The translations under genes and the position numbers were made by a program. DNA of 64,000 nt, taken from assembly GCA_963730935.1 (NCBI GenBank), contig CAVSTP010000003.1, positions 640,001 to 704,000 on the forward strand, in the 5' to 3' direction. Within the stretch, counting starts at the first letter, position 1. The number at the start of each line of letters is the position of its first letter. This DNA is from an uncultured Nitrospiraceae bacterium (GTDB lineage Bacteria; Nitrospirota; Nitrospiria; Nitrospirales; Nitrospiraceae). Below are positions 47,066-56,976 of the stretch, one piece after another. The notes under the pieces are model-generated. The model saw only the letters and a program-made list of their open reading frames with translations. It did no database searches and was not told the DNA's origin.

Positions 47066-48562
47066 ATGATGATTCGCGCTCTGACATTGGCTCGACAGCC
47101 TGTGAAGAATCTCTTTCTAGTGATACTGCTGGCAGCGGCAGCCGGCGCCTGCTCGATTAATCCTGTCAGCAACCTTCCAGAGGTCACTCTCATCACCGTC
47201 GAGCAAGAGAAGAAAATTGGCGAAGAGGAATCGAAGAAGGTTGAGCAGGAAATGGGCTTGCTCGATGACGCCGCTTTAACAAGTTATGTTGACGCGGTTG
47301 GCCAACGGCTTGTCAAGGAATCGCCACGACACGACCTGCCACACCAATTCCATGTCGTGGATATGGTCGAGCCGAACGCCTTTGCGCTTCCCGGCGGCTA
47401 TGTGTACGTCACGCGCGGGTTACTGGCGTTGGTCAATACTGAAGACGAGTTGGCCGGGGTAGTCGGCCATGAAATTGGGCACGTCGCTGCGAGGCATACA
47501 GTCCAGAGGATATCCCGCCAAGGGCCGTTCGCGCTCATCACCAATCTCGTGTCAGGCGTGACCGGCTTTTTTGTTCCGGTCGTCGGAAATATCGTCGGAG
47601 GCGTGGGCAATTTCGCCCAGAGTCTCGTGTTTTCTCCGTATAGCCGGTCCCAGGAGAGTCAGGCGGATGAAGTCGGACAGGAGATGGCGGCCAAGGCCGG
47701 CTGGGATCCTGTTGGACTCGCCACCTTTTTGGCCACCCTGGGGCGTGAGGAAGCGCTATTAAGCGACGGCCCACGCAAGCCCAGCTTCTTCGACTCCCAT
47801 CCTGCCACGCCGGATCGAGTCAAGAATACGACGAAGCACGCGAAGGGTCTCACACAGGCCAAGCGAGAACCAATTTCGCCTTCACATGACGCCTTCCTTG
47901 CGAGGCTTGACGGTCTCGTCGCGGGTCAGCGGGCCGCGAACGGCATTATTCAGGGATCGACCTACCGCCACCCTGATTTGAACTTTTTTGTCCAGTTCCC
48001 GGCCTCGTGGAATGTAGACAATACGCCCGTGCAATTGGCCGCGGCGCCGAAAGATGGGGGCACAGCAGTCGTCCTCCGTGCTGTCGCCCAGGGGAATGAT
48101 CCTCTGGACGGGGCCCGCGCCTTGGAAAAGGCCAGCAAGTCCACGCTCCCCAGAACGGAGACGACGACGATCAACGGGCTGCCTGCAGCCCGCACGCAGG
48201 TGGGCGACTCCAGGTTGAAGGTCGATCTCACGTGGATCGCCCATGGCGGCATGATTTACCAAATCGCGGGCATCGGGGAGACCAGGAATTTTGACACCGT
48301 TCGCCCGGTGTTCCAGACGGTCGTTGAGAGTTTCCGCCCTCTGTCTCCTGACGAGCGAAAGAACATCCGTGAAAAACGGATTCGTCTTGTAAAAGCGAAA
48401 GAAGGGGAAACGGTGAAGGAATTGACTGCCCGCTCGCAATCGGCCTGGAAGGCCAATCAAGTGGCCGTCGCGAATAATCTCGAGGAATCGGACCGTCTGC
48501 GGGAAGGACAGTTGATCAAAATCACCGTCGAAGAACCCTATGCCGGAAAACAACAGCGATGA
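47066..48562 (+). CDS. M48 family zinc metalloprotease lipoprotein with C-terminal LysM-like domain
   Basis: Lipobox AGAC; NAFALPGG; HEIGH; YSRSQESQAD; SHP.TPDR; LysM-like tail. Confidence 0.88.
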   Translation: MMIRALTLARQPVKNLFLVILLAAAAGACSINPVSNLPEVTLITVEQEKKIGEEESKKVEQEMGLLDDAALTSYVDAVGQRLVKESPRHDLPHQFHVVDMVEPNAFALPGGYVYVTRGLLALVNTEDELAGVVGHEIGHVAARHTVQRISRQGPFALITNLVSGVTGFFVPVVGNIVGGVGNFAQSLVFSPYSRSQESQADEVGQEMAAKAGWDPVGLATFLATLGREEALLSDGPRKPSFFDSHPATPDRVKNTTKHAKGLTQAKREPISPSHDAFLARLDGLVAGQRAANGIIQGSTYRHPDLNFFVQFPASWNVDNTPVQLAAAPKDGGTAVVLRAVAQGNDPLDGARALEKASKSTLPRTETTTINGLPAARTQVGDSRLKVDLTWIAHGGMIYQIAGIGETRNFDTVRPVFQTVVESFRPLSPDERKNIREKRIRLVKAKEGETVKELTARSQSAWKANQVAVANNLEESDRLREGQLIKITVEEPYAGKQQR

Positions 48563-49107
48563 GCTCTTCTTCTGACTCGCATGCCTCGGCGGGAGTCTCC
48601 ACCGGTCCAGACGGCGGGCGCCGACGGTTTTTTCAGTTGGTCATCAAGGCGTCGGCCGGCTTGATCGGGCTCAGCCTTGCGGTTCCTTTGGTCGGCTACC
48701 TCGTCTCTCCGGCATTCAAGCGGCGGGCGCAGCAGTGGGTGGACGTGGCCTCTGCGGGCGAGCTGCCGGCCGGCGTTCCCAAACAGTTGGAGTACGTAGC
48801 GACTATTCAGGACGGCTATCTCGAAACCAAGACGCAAAAGGCCGTCTGGGCGGTGAAACAGGCCAACGGAGAAGTCACGGTGTTTTCTCCCATGTGCACT
48901 CACCTGGGGTGCGGCTATCACTGGGACGGCGCAGGGCAACAGTTCAAGTGTCCCTGCCATGGCAGCGTGTTCGACATCTCGGGACGTGTCGTTGCGGGAC
49001 CGGCGCCGCGGCCGCTGGATGCCTTGCCTACAAAGATCGAGAACGGTCGTCTCCTTGTGGTGTTCAAGGAGTTCAAGTCGGGAGTTGCGAAACAGCTCGA
49101 ACTGTAA
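48559..49107 (+). CDS. qcrA: Rieske iron-sulfur subunit of a cytochrome bc complex
   Basis: Tat anchor GRRRFF plus TM helix; CTHLGC and CPCHGS boxes; GPAPRPL. Confidence 0.92.
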   Translation: MSSSSDSHASAGVSTGPDGGRRRFFQLVIKASAGLIGLSLAVPLVGYLVSPAFKRRAQQWVDVASAGELPAGVPKQLEYVATIQDGYLETKTQKAVWAVKQANGEVTVFSPMCTHLGCGYHWDGAGQQFKCPCHGSVFDISGRVVAGPAPRPLDALPTKIENGRLLVVFKEFKSGVAKQLEL

Positions 49108-49145
49108 TGGGCAAGGTGAGTCACGCTTGTGCGTGAGGAGGGGCT

Positions 49146-50666
49146 ATGGATGAGGTCGACGGACGACGCGCCCGGAACGCCATGACCCCTGACGCGCGGT
49201 TGTTCAACCGATGGTTTCTCTGGACGCTGTGGTGTGCGCTGGCCATGACGTCGACCACCGTCATGACGGTCGATGCCGCTCCAGCGACGAAAGCGCACAG
49301 TGCGAAAGCCAAGGGCAGCTCGTCTCAAGGGAAATCGGCTGCCCAAAAGGGCGGCACGATTCCGGCCATCCTGACGGATGCTCCCAAAGTACCGCCGCGT
49401 ATCACGCGCCGTCACCCAAGCAAGGTCGTCGTCGAACTAGAGGTGAGCGAGGTCAACCTGTCGATGGCCGACGGCGTCGAATACACCTTCTGGACCTTCG
49501 GCGGAAAAGTTCCCGGAAAATTCATTCGAGTGCGGCAAGGCGATACGGTCGAATTCCACCTCATGAACCATCCCGACAGCCGGTTCCCTCATAACATCGA
49601 CCTCCATGCGGTGACCGGCCCAGGCGGTGGAGCTGCCAGCAGCAACACCGCACCAGGGCGCCGCACGCAATTCACGTTCAAGGCGCTCAATCCAGGGCTC
49701 TACGTCTATCACTGCGCGACGGCGCCGGTCGGCGAGCACGTCGCCAATGGCATGTACGGACTGATCCTGGTCGAGCCGCCAGGGGGATTGGCTCCAGTGG
49801 ATCGTGAGTATTATGTGGTGCAGAGCGATTTTTATACCAAAGGACCGCACCATGAGAAAGGTCATCAACCCTTCGACATGGAAAAAGCCATCGAGGAACA
49901 TCCCACCTATGTCGTGTTTAACGGCGCCGAAGGGTCCTTGTTGGGTGACAAGGCGCTCAAGGCCAAAGTCGGGGAACGTGTCCGTCTGTTTGTAGGAAAC
50001 GGCGGACCGAACCTCGTCTCCAGTTTCCATGTCATCGGCGAGATCTTCGACCGGGTCTATGCGGAAGCTGGTACCCGCTACTCTGAGCACATTCAAACCA
50101 CGCTTGTCCCGGCAGGAGGAGCAGCCATCGTGGAGTTTAAGGTGGAAGTTCCCGGTTCCTACAAACTCGTGGACCATTCCATTCTGCGCGCGTTCAACAA
50201 AGGGGCGCTTGGGGAGTTGAAGGTCGAAGGGCCGGAGGCAAAGGGAACTTATTCAGGGAAGCAGGCGGAATCGGACTATCAGCCGAAAGTCGGCGTGACC
50301 GGCAAGCCTGCCATGGCGGCCGCGACGATGACCTCCGGAGTGGGTGGTCAGCGCCTCTATCAAACCTACTGCATGGGATGTCACCAGGCCGAGGGACAGG
50401 GGATTCCGGGCACGTTTCCGCCACTCGCGAAATCGGACTACCTCTTGGCCGAAACCTCCCGATCAATCGACACGGTTGTCAACGGTCTTCACGGACCCAT
50501 TGAGGTGAACGGGCAACCGTACAATGGGACCATGCCGCCGATGGGGCATCTGAAGGATGAAGAGATTGCCGATATTTTGACTTACGTACGGAGTTCATGG
50601 GGCAACGAGGCCAATCCCATTTCGGCGGCGGAAGTGGCGGCCGTGCGGGCGAAGATTTCTCATTGA
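49146..50666 (+). CDS. nirK: Copper-containing nitrite reductase with C-terminal fused cytochrome c
   Basis: [36 protein letters not shown]-terminal CMGCH..GTFPPLA..MP. Confidence 0.95.
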   Translation: MDEVDGRRARNAMTPDARLFNRWFLWTLWCALAMTSTTVMTVDAAPATKAHSAKAKGSSSQGKSAAQKGGTIPAILTDAPKVPPRITRRHPSKVVVELEVSEVNLSMADGVEYTFWTFGGKVPGKFIRVRQGDTVEFHLMNHPDSRFPHNIDLHAVTGPGGGAASSNTAPGRRTQFTFKALNPGLYVYHCATAPVGEHVANGMYGLILVEPPGGLAPVDREYYVVQSDFYTKGPHHEKGHQPFDMEKAIEEHPTYVVFNGAEGSLLGDKALKAKVGERVRLFVGNGGPNLVSSFHVIGEIFDRVYAEAGTRYSEHIQTTLVPAGGAAIVEFKVEVPGSYKLVDHSILRAFNKGALGELKVEGPEAKGTYSGKQAESDYQPKVGVTGKPAMAAATMTSGVGGQRLYQTYCMGCHQAEGQGIPGTFPPLAKSDYLLAETSRSIDTVVNGLHGPIEVNGQPYNGTMPPMGHLKDEEIADILTYVRSSWGNEANPISAAEVAAVRAKISH

Positions 50667-50679
50667 AGAGGACCTGACC

Positions 50680-51030
50680 ATGAATCGGGGGCTGTTTGCA
50701 GCGTTATGTGCAGGACTGGTTCTTGGACTACTGTTGTGGGGCACCCGGGTCGTCGATGCCGGCGATCCTGCAAAGGGTAAGGCGCTCTATGAGAAGCACT
50801 GCCTCGTCTGTCACGGGCCGCAAGGCAAGGGAGACGGACCGGCAGGAAAAGCCCTCAAGCCGCCCGCCGCCGACTTCACGAGTCCGGAAAGTAAAAAGAA
50901 GCCCGAGGCCGACTTGAGGCAAGTGCTCGAAAACGGAAAACCTGGTACTGGCATGGGTCCGTGGAAGAGTCAGCTGCGCCAATCTGAGCTGAACGAACTG
51001 ATGGGCTATGTCATGACTCTGAGAGAATAG
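50680..51030 (+). CDS. Monoheme class I cytochrome c
   Basis: Signal peptide; CLVCHG..GKGDGP; GKPGTGM axial Met. Confidence 0.9.
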   Translation: MNRGLFAALCAGLVLGLLLWGTRVVDAGDPAKGKALYEKHCLVCHGPQGKGDGPAGKALKPPAADFTSPESKKKPEADLRQVLENGKPGTGMGPWKSQLRQSELNELMGYVMTLRE

Positions 51031-51059
51031 CCGTTTATCAGTGGCAGGAGAAGCGTGCG

Positions 51060-52388
51060 ATGACATCCCGCATCTATGAGTGGCTGGATAGTCGGCTGAA
51101 GCTCAAGTCTCTCGAAAAAACATTGTTAGACGAGCCGATCCCCGGCGGAGCCAGCTGGATCTACGTCTTTGGCTCGGCCACGCTCTTCCTCTTTATTCTC
51201 CAAGCGGTCACCGGCATGTTCCTGGCCGTCTATTACGCGCCGACCCCGGACCATGCGTACGACAGTGTGCAGTTCATCGAGCAGCAGATTACGTTTGGCT
51301 GGTTCGTCCGCGGCCTTCACCACTGGGGTGCGTCAGGGATGGTGATCGCAGTCGGCCTGCACATGCTGCAAGTGTTTCTCTACGGCGCGTTCAAGCCGCC
51401 GCGCGAATTGATGTGGATGGTCGGCGTCGCATTGTTCTTCCTCGTCATGGGGTTCGCCTTTACCGGCTACCTGCTCCCCTGGGACCAAACTGCCTACTGG
51501 GCCACACAGGTGGGCATCAACATGGTGGGCACGGTTCCGCTCGTCGGTGACTTTCTGGTGAAGGTCATGCGTGGCGGAGAGACGCTGGGTGCTCTGACGC
51601 TCTCACGGTTTTTTGCGGTTCATGTGCTGTTTCTTCCGGCGCTCATTGTCACGGGGATTGTCGTGCATCTCTTCATCCTTCGGCGGGTCGGACCGGCCGG
51701 TCCCTGGGATGAACGCAAAGCGGCGGCCGTCCGTGAACCTTTTTATCCTCGCCAAGTCTACATGGATGCGGTGGTGATGGTGGCGGTCTTTCTTGTCCTG
51801 GTCTTCTTGGCGACCTTCGTACCGTTTCCGCTGGCCGACAAAGCCAACCCCGCGGATACCAGTTTTGTGCCGGTGCCGGAATGGTATTTTCTCTTCTATT
51901 ATGAGTTACTGAAGCACGTCCATGGTCCGCTGGAACCGTTGGCCACGTGGGTACTACCGGCAATTGCGATTGCAGTGATGCTGCTCTGGCCGTTTCTCGA
52001 CTGGCAAAAAAATGTCCGGGCTCCGGCCTCGCGCCCGGTGGGTATGGCCGTCGTCGCCGTGTTTCTCATCACAGTCTTTTCTCTCCTAGGCATCTCGTTG
52101 AAAAGCCTATACGGCATGAAGCGAACGGATCCGGCGATTGTGCACGGTCAGTCGCTGTATACGAATCTCGGTTGCTTGGGGTGTCATCGCATCCATGGCA
52201 ACGGTGGCGCGATCGGACCGGATCTCTCTTATGAAGGGGACGCCCGTCCGGATCGGGAATGGCACATCAAGCATTTCCATGATCCGCAATCGGTGTCGCC
52301 GGGATCGATCATGCCGAAATTTCCATTGACCGAGGCGGAACTGCAAGATCTGACGAGTTACATACTGAGTCTCAAGCGGACGACGTAA
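51060..52388 (+). CDS. qcrB: Cytochrome b (N-terminal part plus subunit IV) fused to a C-terminal cytochrome c
   Basis: RGLHHWGAS..GLHM, FTGYLLPWDQ, RFFAVH..VVH, PEWY; C-terminal CLGCH..IGPDL..MP. Confidence 0.92.
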   Translation: MTSRIYEWLDSRLKLKSLEKTLLDEPIPGGASWIYVFGSATLFLFILQAVTGMFLAVYYAPTPDHAYDSVQFIEQQITFGWFVRGLHHWGASGMVIAVGLHMLQVFLYGAFKPPRELMWMVGVALFFLVMGFAFTGYLLPWDQTAYWATQVGINMVGTVPLVGDFLVKVMRGGETLGALTLSRFFAVHVLFLPALIVTGIVVHLFILRRVGPAGPWDERKAAAVREPFYPRQVYMDAVVMVAVFLVLVFLATFVPFPLADKANPADTSFVPVPEWYFLFYYELLKHVHGPLEPLATWVLPAIAIAVMLLWPFLDWQKNVRAPASRPVGMAVVAVFLITVFSLLGISLKSLYGMKRTDPAIVHGQSLYTNLGCLGCHRIHGNGGAIGPDLSYEGDARPDREWHIKHFHDPQSVSPGSIMPKFPLTEAELQDLTSYILSLKRTT

Positions 52389-52412
52389 TATCCATGCTAG
52401 GGCAAGCCCTGC

Positions 52413-52442
52413 TTGACGATGTCGGGAGGGCAATTGTATAAG
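52413..52442 (+). promoter_or_regulatory. Putative sigma70 promoter of the RND operon
   Basis: TTGACG-18 bp-TATAAG, 30 bp before ATG 52473. Confidence 0.45.
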
Positions 52443-52472
52443 AAACACCCTTCCTCGTTTGCCGGAGGACGT

Positions 52473-53657
52473 ATGGATCATGCGCTCAAAGGGCGATTCC
52501 TGGTCCGATCAGCGGCATCGGTCCTGTGGATGAGCCTGTCGGCACTGGCGCTGGTTCACTGTAAGGGTGAAACGGCTTCCGCTCCTCCCCCTCCCTTAGT
52601 TCAAGTCGAAGTGGCCGACGTCCTTCAGAAAGATGTGCCCATTCAAATGGAGTGGGTCGGGACCACGGATGGTTCGAACAACGCCCTCATACGGGCGCAG
52701 GTCAGCGGCTATCTCCTGAAACGGCCCTACGTCGAAGGGGCCTTCGTGAAAAAGGGCGACCTGCTGTTCGAGCTCGACCCGAGCAAGTTCCAGACGGTGC
52801 TTGATCAGGCGTTGGGTGATCTGGCGAAAGCCCAAGCGCAATTCACGAAAAGTAAACAGGACGTTGATCGCGATACGCCGCTTGCCAAGGAAGGCGCCAT
52901 CAGCCAGAAGGAACTGGATGATTCCGTCCAATCCTATGCGGCGACGAAAGGGACTCTTGCGACTGCGAAAGCCGCTGTCGAACAGGCGAAACTCAATCTT
53001 GGATGGACAAGGATCACGGCTCCGATTGACGGCGTCGTCGGCATTTCAAAGGCTCAAATCGGCGATCTCATCGATGCCAGCACTGAGTTGACGTCAGTGT
53101 CGACGCTGGATCCGATCAAGGTCTATTTTCCTGTGAGTGAACAAGAATACTTCGAGGCCGCGGATAAGATCCAGCAAGGCTACAAAGACCGGCAAGAGGG
53201 AAAAGAATACAGCTTGGCATTCCTCGAACTCGTTTTAGGCGGGGAGAAGGTGTATCCGCACAAAGGACAATTTCATCTTGTCGATCGGCAAGTCGATACG
53301 AAGACCGGCACCATTCGCGTGGCAGCACTCTTTCCTAATCCCAACAATCTGCTGAGGCCCGGACAGTTCGCCAGGGTACGGGCGGTGACCAAGACCAAGG
53401 AGAAGGCCATCTTAGTTCCACAGCGGGCCGTGACGGAGATGCAGGGCAGTTACCAGGTGGCCGTCGTCACTCCGGAGAACAAGGTGGACATCCGTCCCGT
53501 CAAGGTCGGTCATCGGTCCGGCAGTCTGTGGATCATCGACCATGGGCTCAAGCCGGGTGAGCGTGTCGTGGTCGAAGGGCTGCAGAAAGTCAAAGCCGGG
53601 ATGACCGTCGATCCCAAACCGTTCCAAGAGCAGCAGCCAGAACAGAAAATCGGATAA
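52473..53657 (+). CDS. RND efflux membrane fusion protein
   Basis: IRAQVSGYL, TRITAPIDG, LRPGQF, GLKPGERVVVEG; RBS GGAGGA. Confidence 0.92.
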   Translation: MDHALKGRFLVRSAASVLWMSLSALALVHCKGETASAPPPPLVQVEVADVLQKDVPIQMEWVGTTDGSNNALIRAQVSGYLLKRPYVEGAFVKKGDLLFELDPSKFQTVLDQALGDLAKAQAQFTKSKQDVDRDTPLAKEGAISQKELDDSVQSYAATKGTLATAKAAVEQAKLNLGWTRITAPIDGVVGISKAQIGDLIDASTELTSVSTLDPIKVYFPVSEQEYFEAADKIQQGYKDRQEGKEYSLAFLELVLGGEKVYPHKGQFHLVDRQVDTKTGTIRVAALFPNPNNLLRPGQFARVRAVTKTKEKAILVPQRAVTEMQGSYQVAVVTPENKVDIRPVKVGHRSGSLWIIDHGLKPGERVVVEGLQKVKAGMTVDPKPFQEQQPEQKIG

Positions 53658-53710
53658 AGTTGACGCTGGTCTGATCGTTTCCACTGCCTGTAGCGTAATC
53701 CTTCAATCCT

Positions 53711-56700
53711 ATGGCGAAATTTTTCATCAATCGGCCGATTGTTGCCATGGTGATCTCCATCATCATGGTGATTCTCGGCGTGATTGCAATGGTGCAACTG
53801 CCGATCGCGATGTTTCCGAACATCGCGCCGCCGGAGATCCTGCTGCAAGCCACGTATGTCGGAGCCGATGCCGTCACACTGGAAAAATCGGTTGCCACTC
53901 CCATCGAGCAATTGATGAGCGGCGTGGACAACATGATCTACATGTATTCGGTGAACGCGAACAACGGCCAAATGTCATTGCGAGTCAACTTCGACATTAA
54001 CACGAGGCCAAACGACGATCAGATCCTGGCGCAGATGCGGTATACCCAGGCGGAATCGCAACTGCCTGCCGATGTCAAGAATTTCGGGGTCACCATTAAA
54101 AAGGCCACGACCAGCCCCCTCGCCCTGTTCTCCCTCTACTCTCCGAACGGCACCTACGACGCGACGTTCTTGGCGAATTATGGCTACGTCAACATCAATG
54201 ATCCGATGACGCGCGTGCCTGGGATTGGACAGGTACAAATCTTCGGCGCCGGGCAATATGCCATGCGATTCTGGGTCCGGCCCGACCACCTCGCCAAGCT
54301 AGGCATCACGGTGACTGAAATTACGAATGCCATTAAGGCTCAGAACACGGTGAATCCTGCCGGCCAAGTGGGTGCCGAACCGGTGCCGCCCGGACAAGAG
54401 TTTACGTACAGTGTGCGTGCCCAGGGCCGCCTGGAGTCGGAAGAAGAGTTCGGGAATATCGTGATCCGTGCGAATCAGGACGGATCCATGGTCCGGCTCA
54501 AGGACGTCGCCCGCATTGAGCTCGGCGCACAGATGTACAACATCATCGGCAGGATGAATGGCAAGCCTGCTGCCCTCATCGCCATTTATCAGCTTCCAGG
54601 CTCCAATGCCATTCAAACCATGGATGAGGCGACCAAGCTGATGGAGGAGATGAAAGCCAGGTTCCCGGCCGATCTCGACTACGTCATCTCGCTTGATACG
54701 ACACAGGCCGTGCGGGAAGGCATCAAGGAGATCGTTCACACCCTCTTTGAAGCCCTCATCCTCGTCATCATCGTCGTCTATATTTTCCTTCAAGGGTGGC
54801 GCGCCACGCTAATTCCGCTGCTCGCCGTGCCTGTCTCGCTGATCGGCACGTTCACACTATTTCCGTTGCTCGGGTTTTCCATCAACACCTTGTCACTCTT
54901 TGGTCTCGTGCTGGCGATCGGCCTGGTGGTCGACGACGCCATCGTGGTCGTCGAAGCGGTTGAGCATCACATCGAGCACGGGATGTCGCCGAAGGACGCC
55001 GCTCTCAGGGCCATGGAGGAAGTCTCTGGACCGGTGATCGCGATCGCACTCATCCTTGCGGCGGTCTTTGTCCCGACGGCATTCATCCCTGGTATTACCG
55101 GGCGGCTGTATCAGCAATTTGCGGTGACGATCGCGCTATCAGTGGTGATCTCAGCGTTCAACGCGCTGACGCTGAGCCCTGCCCTCTCGGCGCTCTTACT
55201 ACGGCCGAGAACACCGGCGCGTGGGCCGCTTGGTCTCTTCTTTGCTTGGTTCAACAAATGGTTCGGGCGCGCGACAGACGGGTATGTGAATGTATGCGGC
55301 CACCTGATTAGAAAGGCTGGCCGCTCGATGTTGCTTCTTCTGGTGGTGACCGTCGTCGCGGGCTGGCTTGGTTTACAATTACCGAGCGGTTTTCTCCCGA
55401 TGGAAGACCAGGGCTATGTCTATCTCAATGTGCAACTGCCGGAGGCCTCATCGCTCCAGCGCACGGATGAAGTGTGCAGGAAGATCGAGGCGATCCTGAA
55501 AGCGACTCCTGGCGTCAAGTATGCCTCCACGATCGTTGGGTTCAGTCTGTTGAGCACGGTGAGCACCACCTACAATGCGTTTTTCTTTGTCACCCTGGCT
55601 CCCTGGGAAGAACGGAAGAAGTCCGAAGAACAGCTTCTTGCCATTTTTCAGAGTGTGAATGGGCGTCTCGCCGGTTTGCCCGAGGCCAAAGCCTTCCTGT
55701 TTCCCCCGCCCGCAATCCCGGGAGTCGGCACGTCCGGCGGCGTGTCCTTTGTCTTAGAGGATCGAGCGAGCCGAGATATCGAATTCCTCGCAACCAACAC
55801 GCAGAAATTCATGGAGGCACTCAGGAAACGTCCGGAAATTGCGCGAGTCGATACGACGTTTATTCCCGCCGTACCTCAAGTCTTTGCGAGGGTGGATCGT
55901 GAGAAGGTCTTGAAGCAAGGTATCAATCTGTCAGATGTCTACCAGACGCTGCAGTCGTTCATGGGCGGCGTCATGGTGAATTTCTTTAACCGGTTCGGGC
56001 GTGTCTGGCAGGTCTACGTGGAGGCAGAAGGGGATTTCCGCACACAGGCAGAAAATGTCGGACAATTTTATGTGCGGAACGCGAACGGCGATATGGTCCC
56101 GCTTTCCGCATTGGTGACGATGGACATCTTTCATGGCCCGGAGTTCACGATGCGCTATAACGAGTATCGTGCGGCGCAACTGATGGCAGCCGCGGCTCCC
56201 GGCTACAGCTCGGGACAGGCCATGAAGGCCGTTGAACAAGTATTCGCAAGCCAAATGCCTGATGGGATGGGACTCGAGTACATGGGCATGTCGTTCCAAG
56301 AGAAAGTGGCCTCGGAAGGCGTACCTGCGACGGTGATTTTCGGTTTCTCGCTCCTCTTTGTGTTTTTGATTCTCGCGGCGCAGTACGAGAGCTGGGCCTT
56401 GCCGTTCAGCGTGCTGCTCGGAACGCCGATCGCCGTGTTCGGCGCCTTCGGCGCACTGTGGCTGCTGAAGCTGGTGGCGCCTCAGGCAAGCGAGAACGAC
56501 GTCTTCACTCAGATCGGGTTGGTGATGCTGATCGGATTGGCGGCGAAGAATGCCATCCTCATTGTTGAGTTCGCGAAGGTGGAGTACGAGAAAGGGAAAT
56601 CGATCGCCGATGCCGCTTTGGCCGGAGCCAGATTGCGGCTCCGCCCCATCTTGATGACGGCCTTTGCATTCATTCTCGGCGTGCTCCCGCTCGTCATGGC

Positions 56701-56965
56701 GACCGGCGCCGGCGCGCACGGCCGGGTGTTGCTTGGTCTTGCCGTGTTCGGTGGGATGCTGGCCGCAAGCCTGATTGCGATCTTTCTCATTCCGGTCACC
56801 TTCTACGTCGTCGAGAATTTCGTGCATCGGGGAGGGCAACATACTGCGCCGCCTCCAACGCCGCCCTCAGAACCGGCTCAGAATCCAGGGGATGGAGAAT
56901 TGTCCCGAGGAGTGCCGCAGCCGGCGCTGACACCGACCCATGTGCGTGAAAGCGAAAGCTATTGA
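53711..56965 (+). CDS. RND efflux permease (HAE1/AcrB family)
   Basis: [43 protein letters not shown]. Confidence 0.95.
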   Translation: MAKFFINRPIVAMVISIIMVILGVIAMVQLPIAMFPNIAPPEILLQATYVGADAVTLEKSVATPIEQLMSGVDNMIYMYSVNANNGQMSLRVNFDINTRPNDDQILAQMRYTQAESQLPADVKNFGVTIKKATTSPLALFSLYSPNGTYDATFLANYGYVNINDPMTRVPGIGQVQIFGAGQYAMRFWVRPDHLAKLGITVTEITNAIKAQNTVNPAGQVGAEPVPPGQEFTYSVRAQGRLESEEEFGNIVIRANQDGSMVRLKDVARIELGAQMYNIIGRMNGKPAALIAIYQLPGSNAIQTMDEATKLMEEMKARFPADLDYVISLDTTQAVREGIKEIVHTLFEALILVIIVVYIFLQGWRATLIPLLAVPVSLIGTFTLFPLLGFSINTLSLFGLVLAIGLVVDDAIVVVEAVEHHIEHGMSPKDAALRAMEEVSGPVIAIALILAAVFVPTAFIPGITGRLYQQFAVTIALSVVISAFNALTLSPALSALLLRPRTPARGPLGLFFAWFNKWFGRATDGYVNVCGHLIRKAGRSMLLLLVVTVVAGWLGLQLPSGFLPMEDQGYVYLNVQLPEASSLQRTDEVCRKIEAILKATPGVKYASTIVGFSLLSTVSTTYNAFFFVTLAPWEERKKSEEQLLAIFQSVNGRLAGLPEAKAFLFPPPAIPGVGTSGGVSFVLEDRASRDIEFLATNTQKFMEALRKRPEIARVDTTFIPAVPQVFARVDREKVLKQGINLSDVYQTLQSFMGGVMVNFFNRFGRVWQVYVEAEGDFRTQAENVGQFYVRNANGDMVPLSALVTMDIFHGPEFTMRYNEYRAAQLMAAAAPGYSSGQAMKAVEQVFASQMPDGMGLEYMGMSFQEKVASEGVPATVIFGFSLLFVFLILAAQYESWALPFSVLLGTPIAVFGAFGALWLLKLVAPQASENDVFTQIGLVMLIGLAAKNAILIVEFAKVEYEKGKSIADAALAGARLRLRPILMTAFAFILGVLPLVMATGAGAHGRVLLGLAVFGGMLAASLIAIFLIPVTFYVVENFVHRGGQHTAPPPTPPSEPAQNPGDGELSRGVPQPALTPTHVRESESY

Positions 56966-56976
56966 GGAGGCATGAC

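Noticed and set aside
44150..49146. FNR/DNR box upstream of nirK or its operon
   Set aside because: No TTGAT-N4-ATCAA match seen by eye in the intergenic segments.
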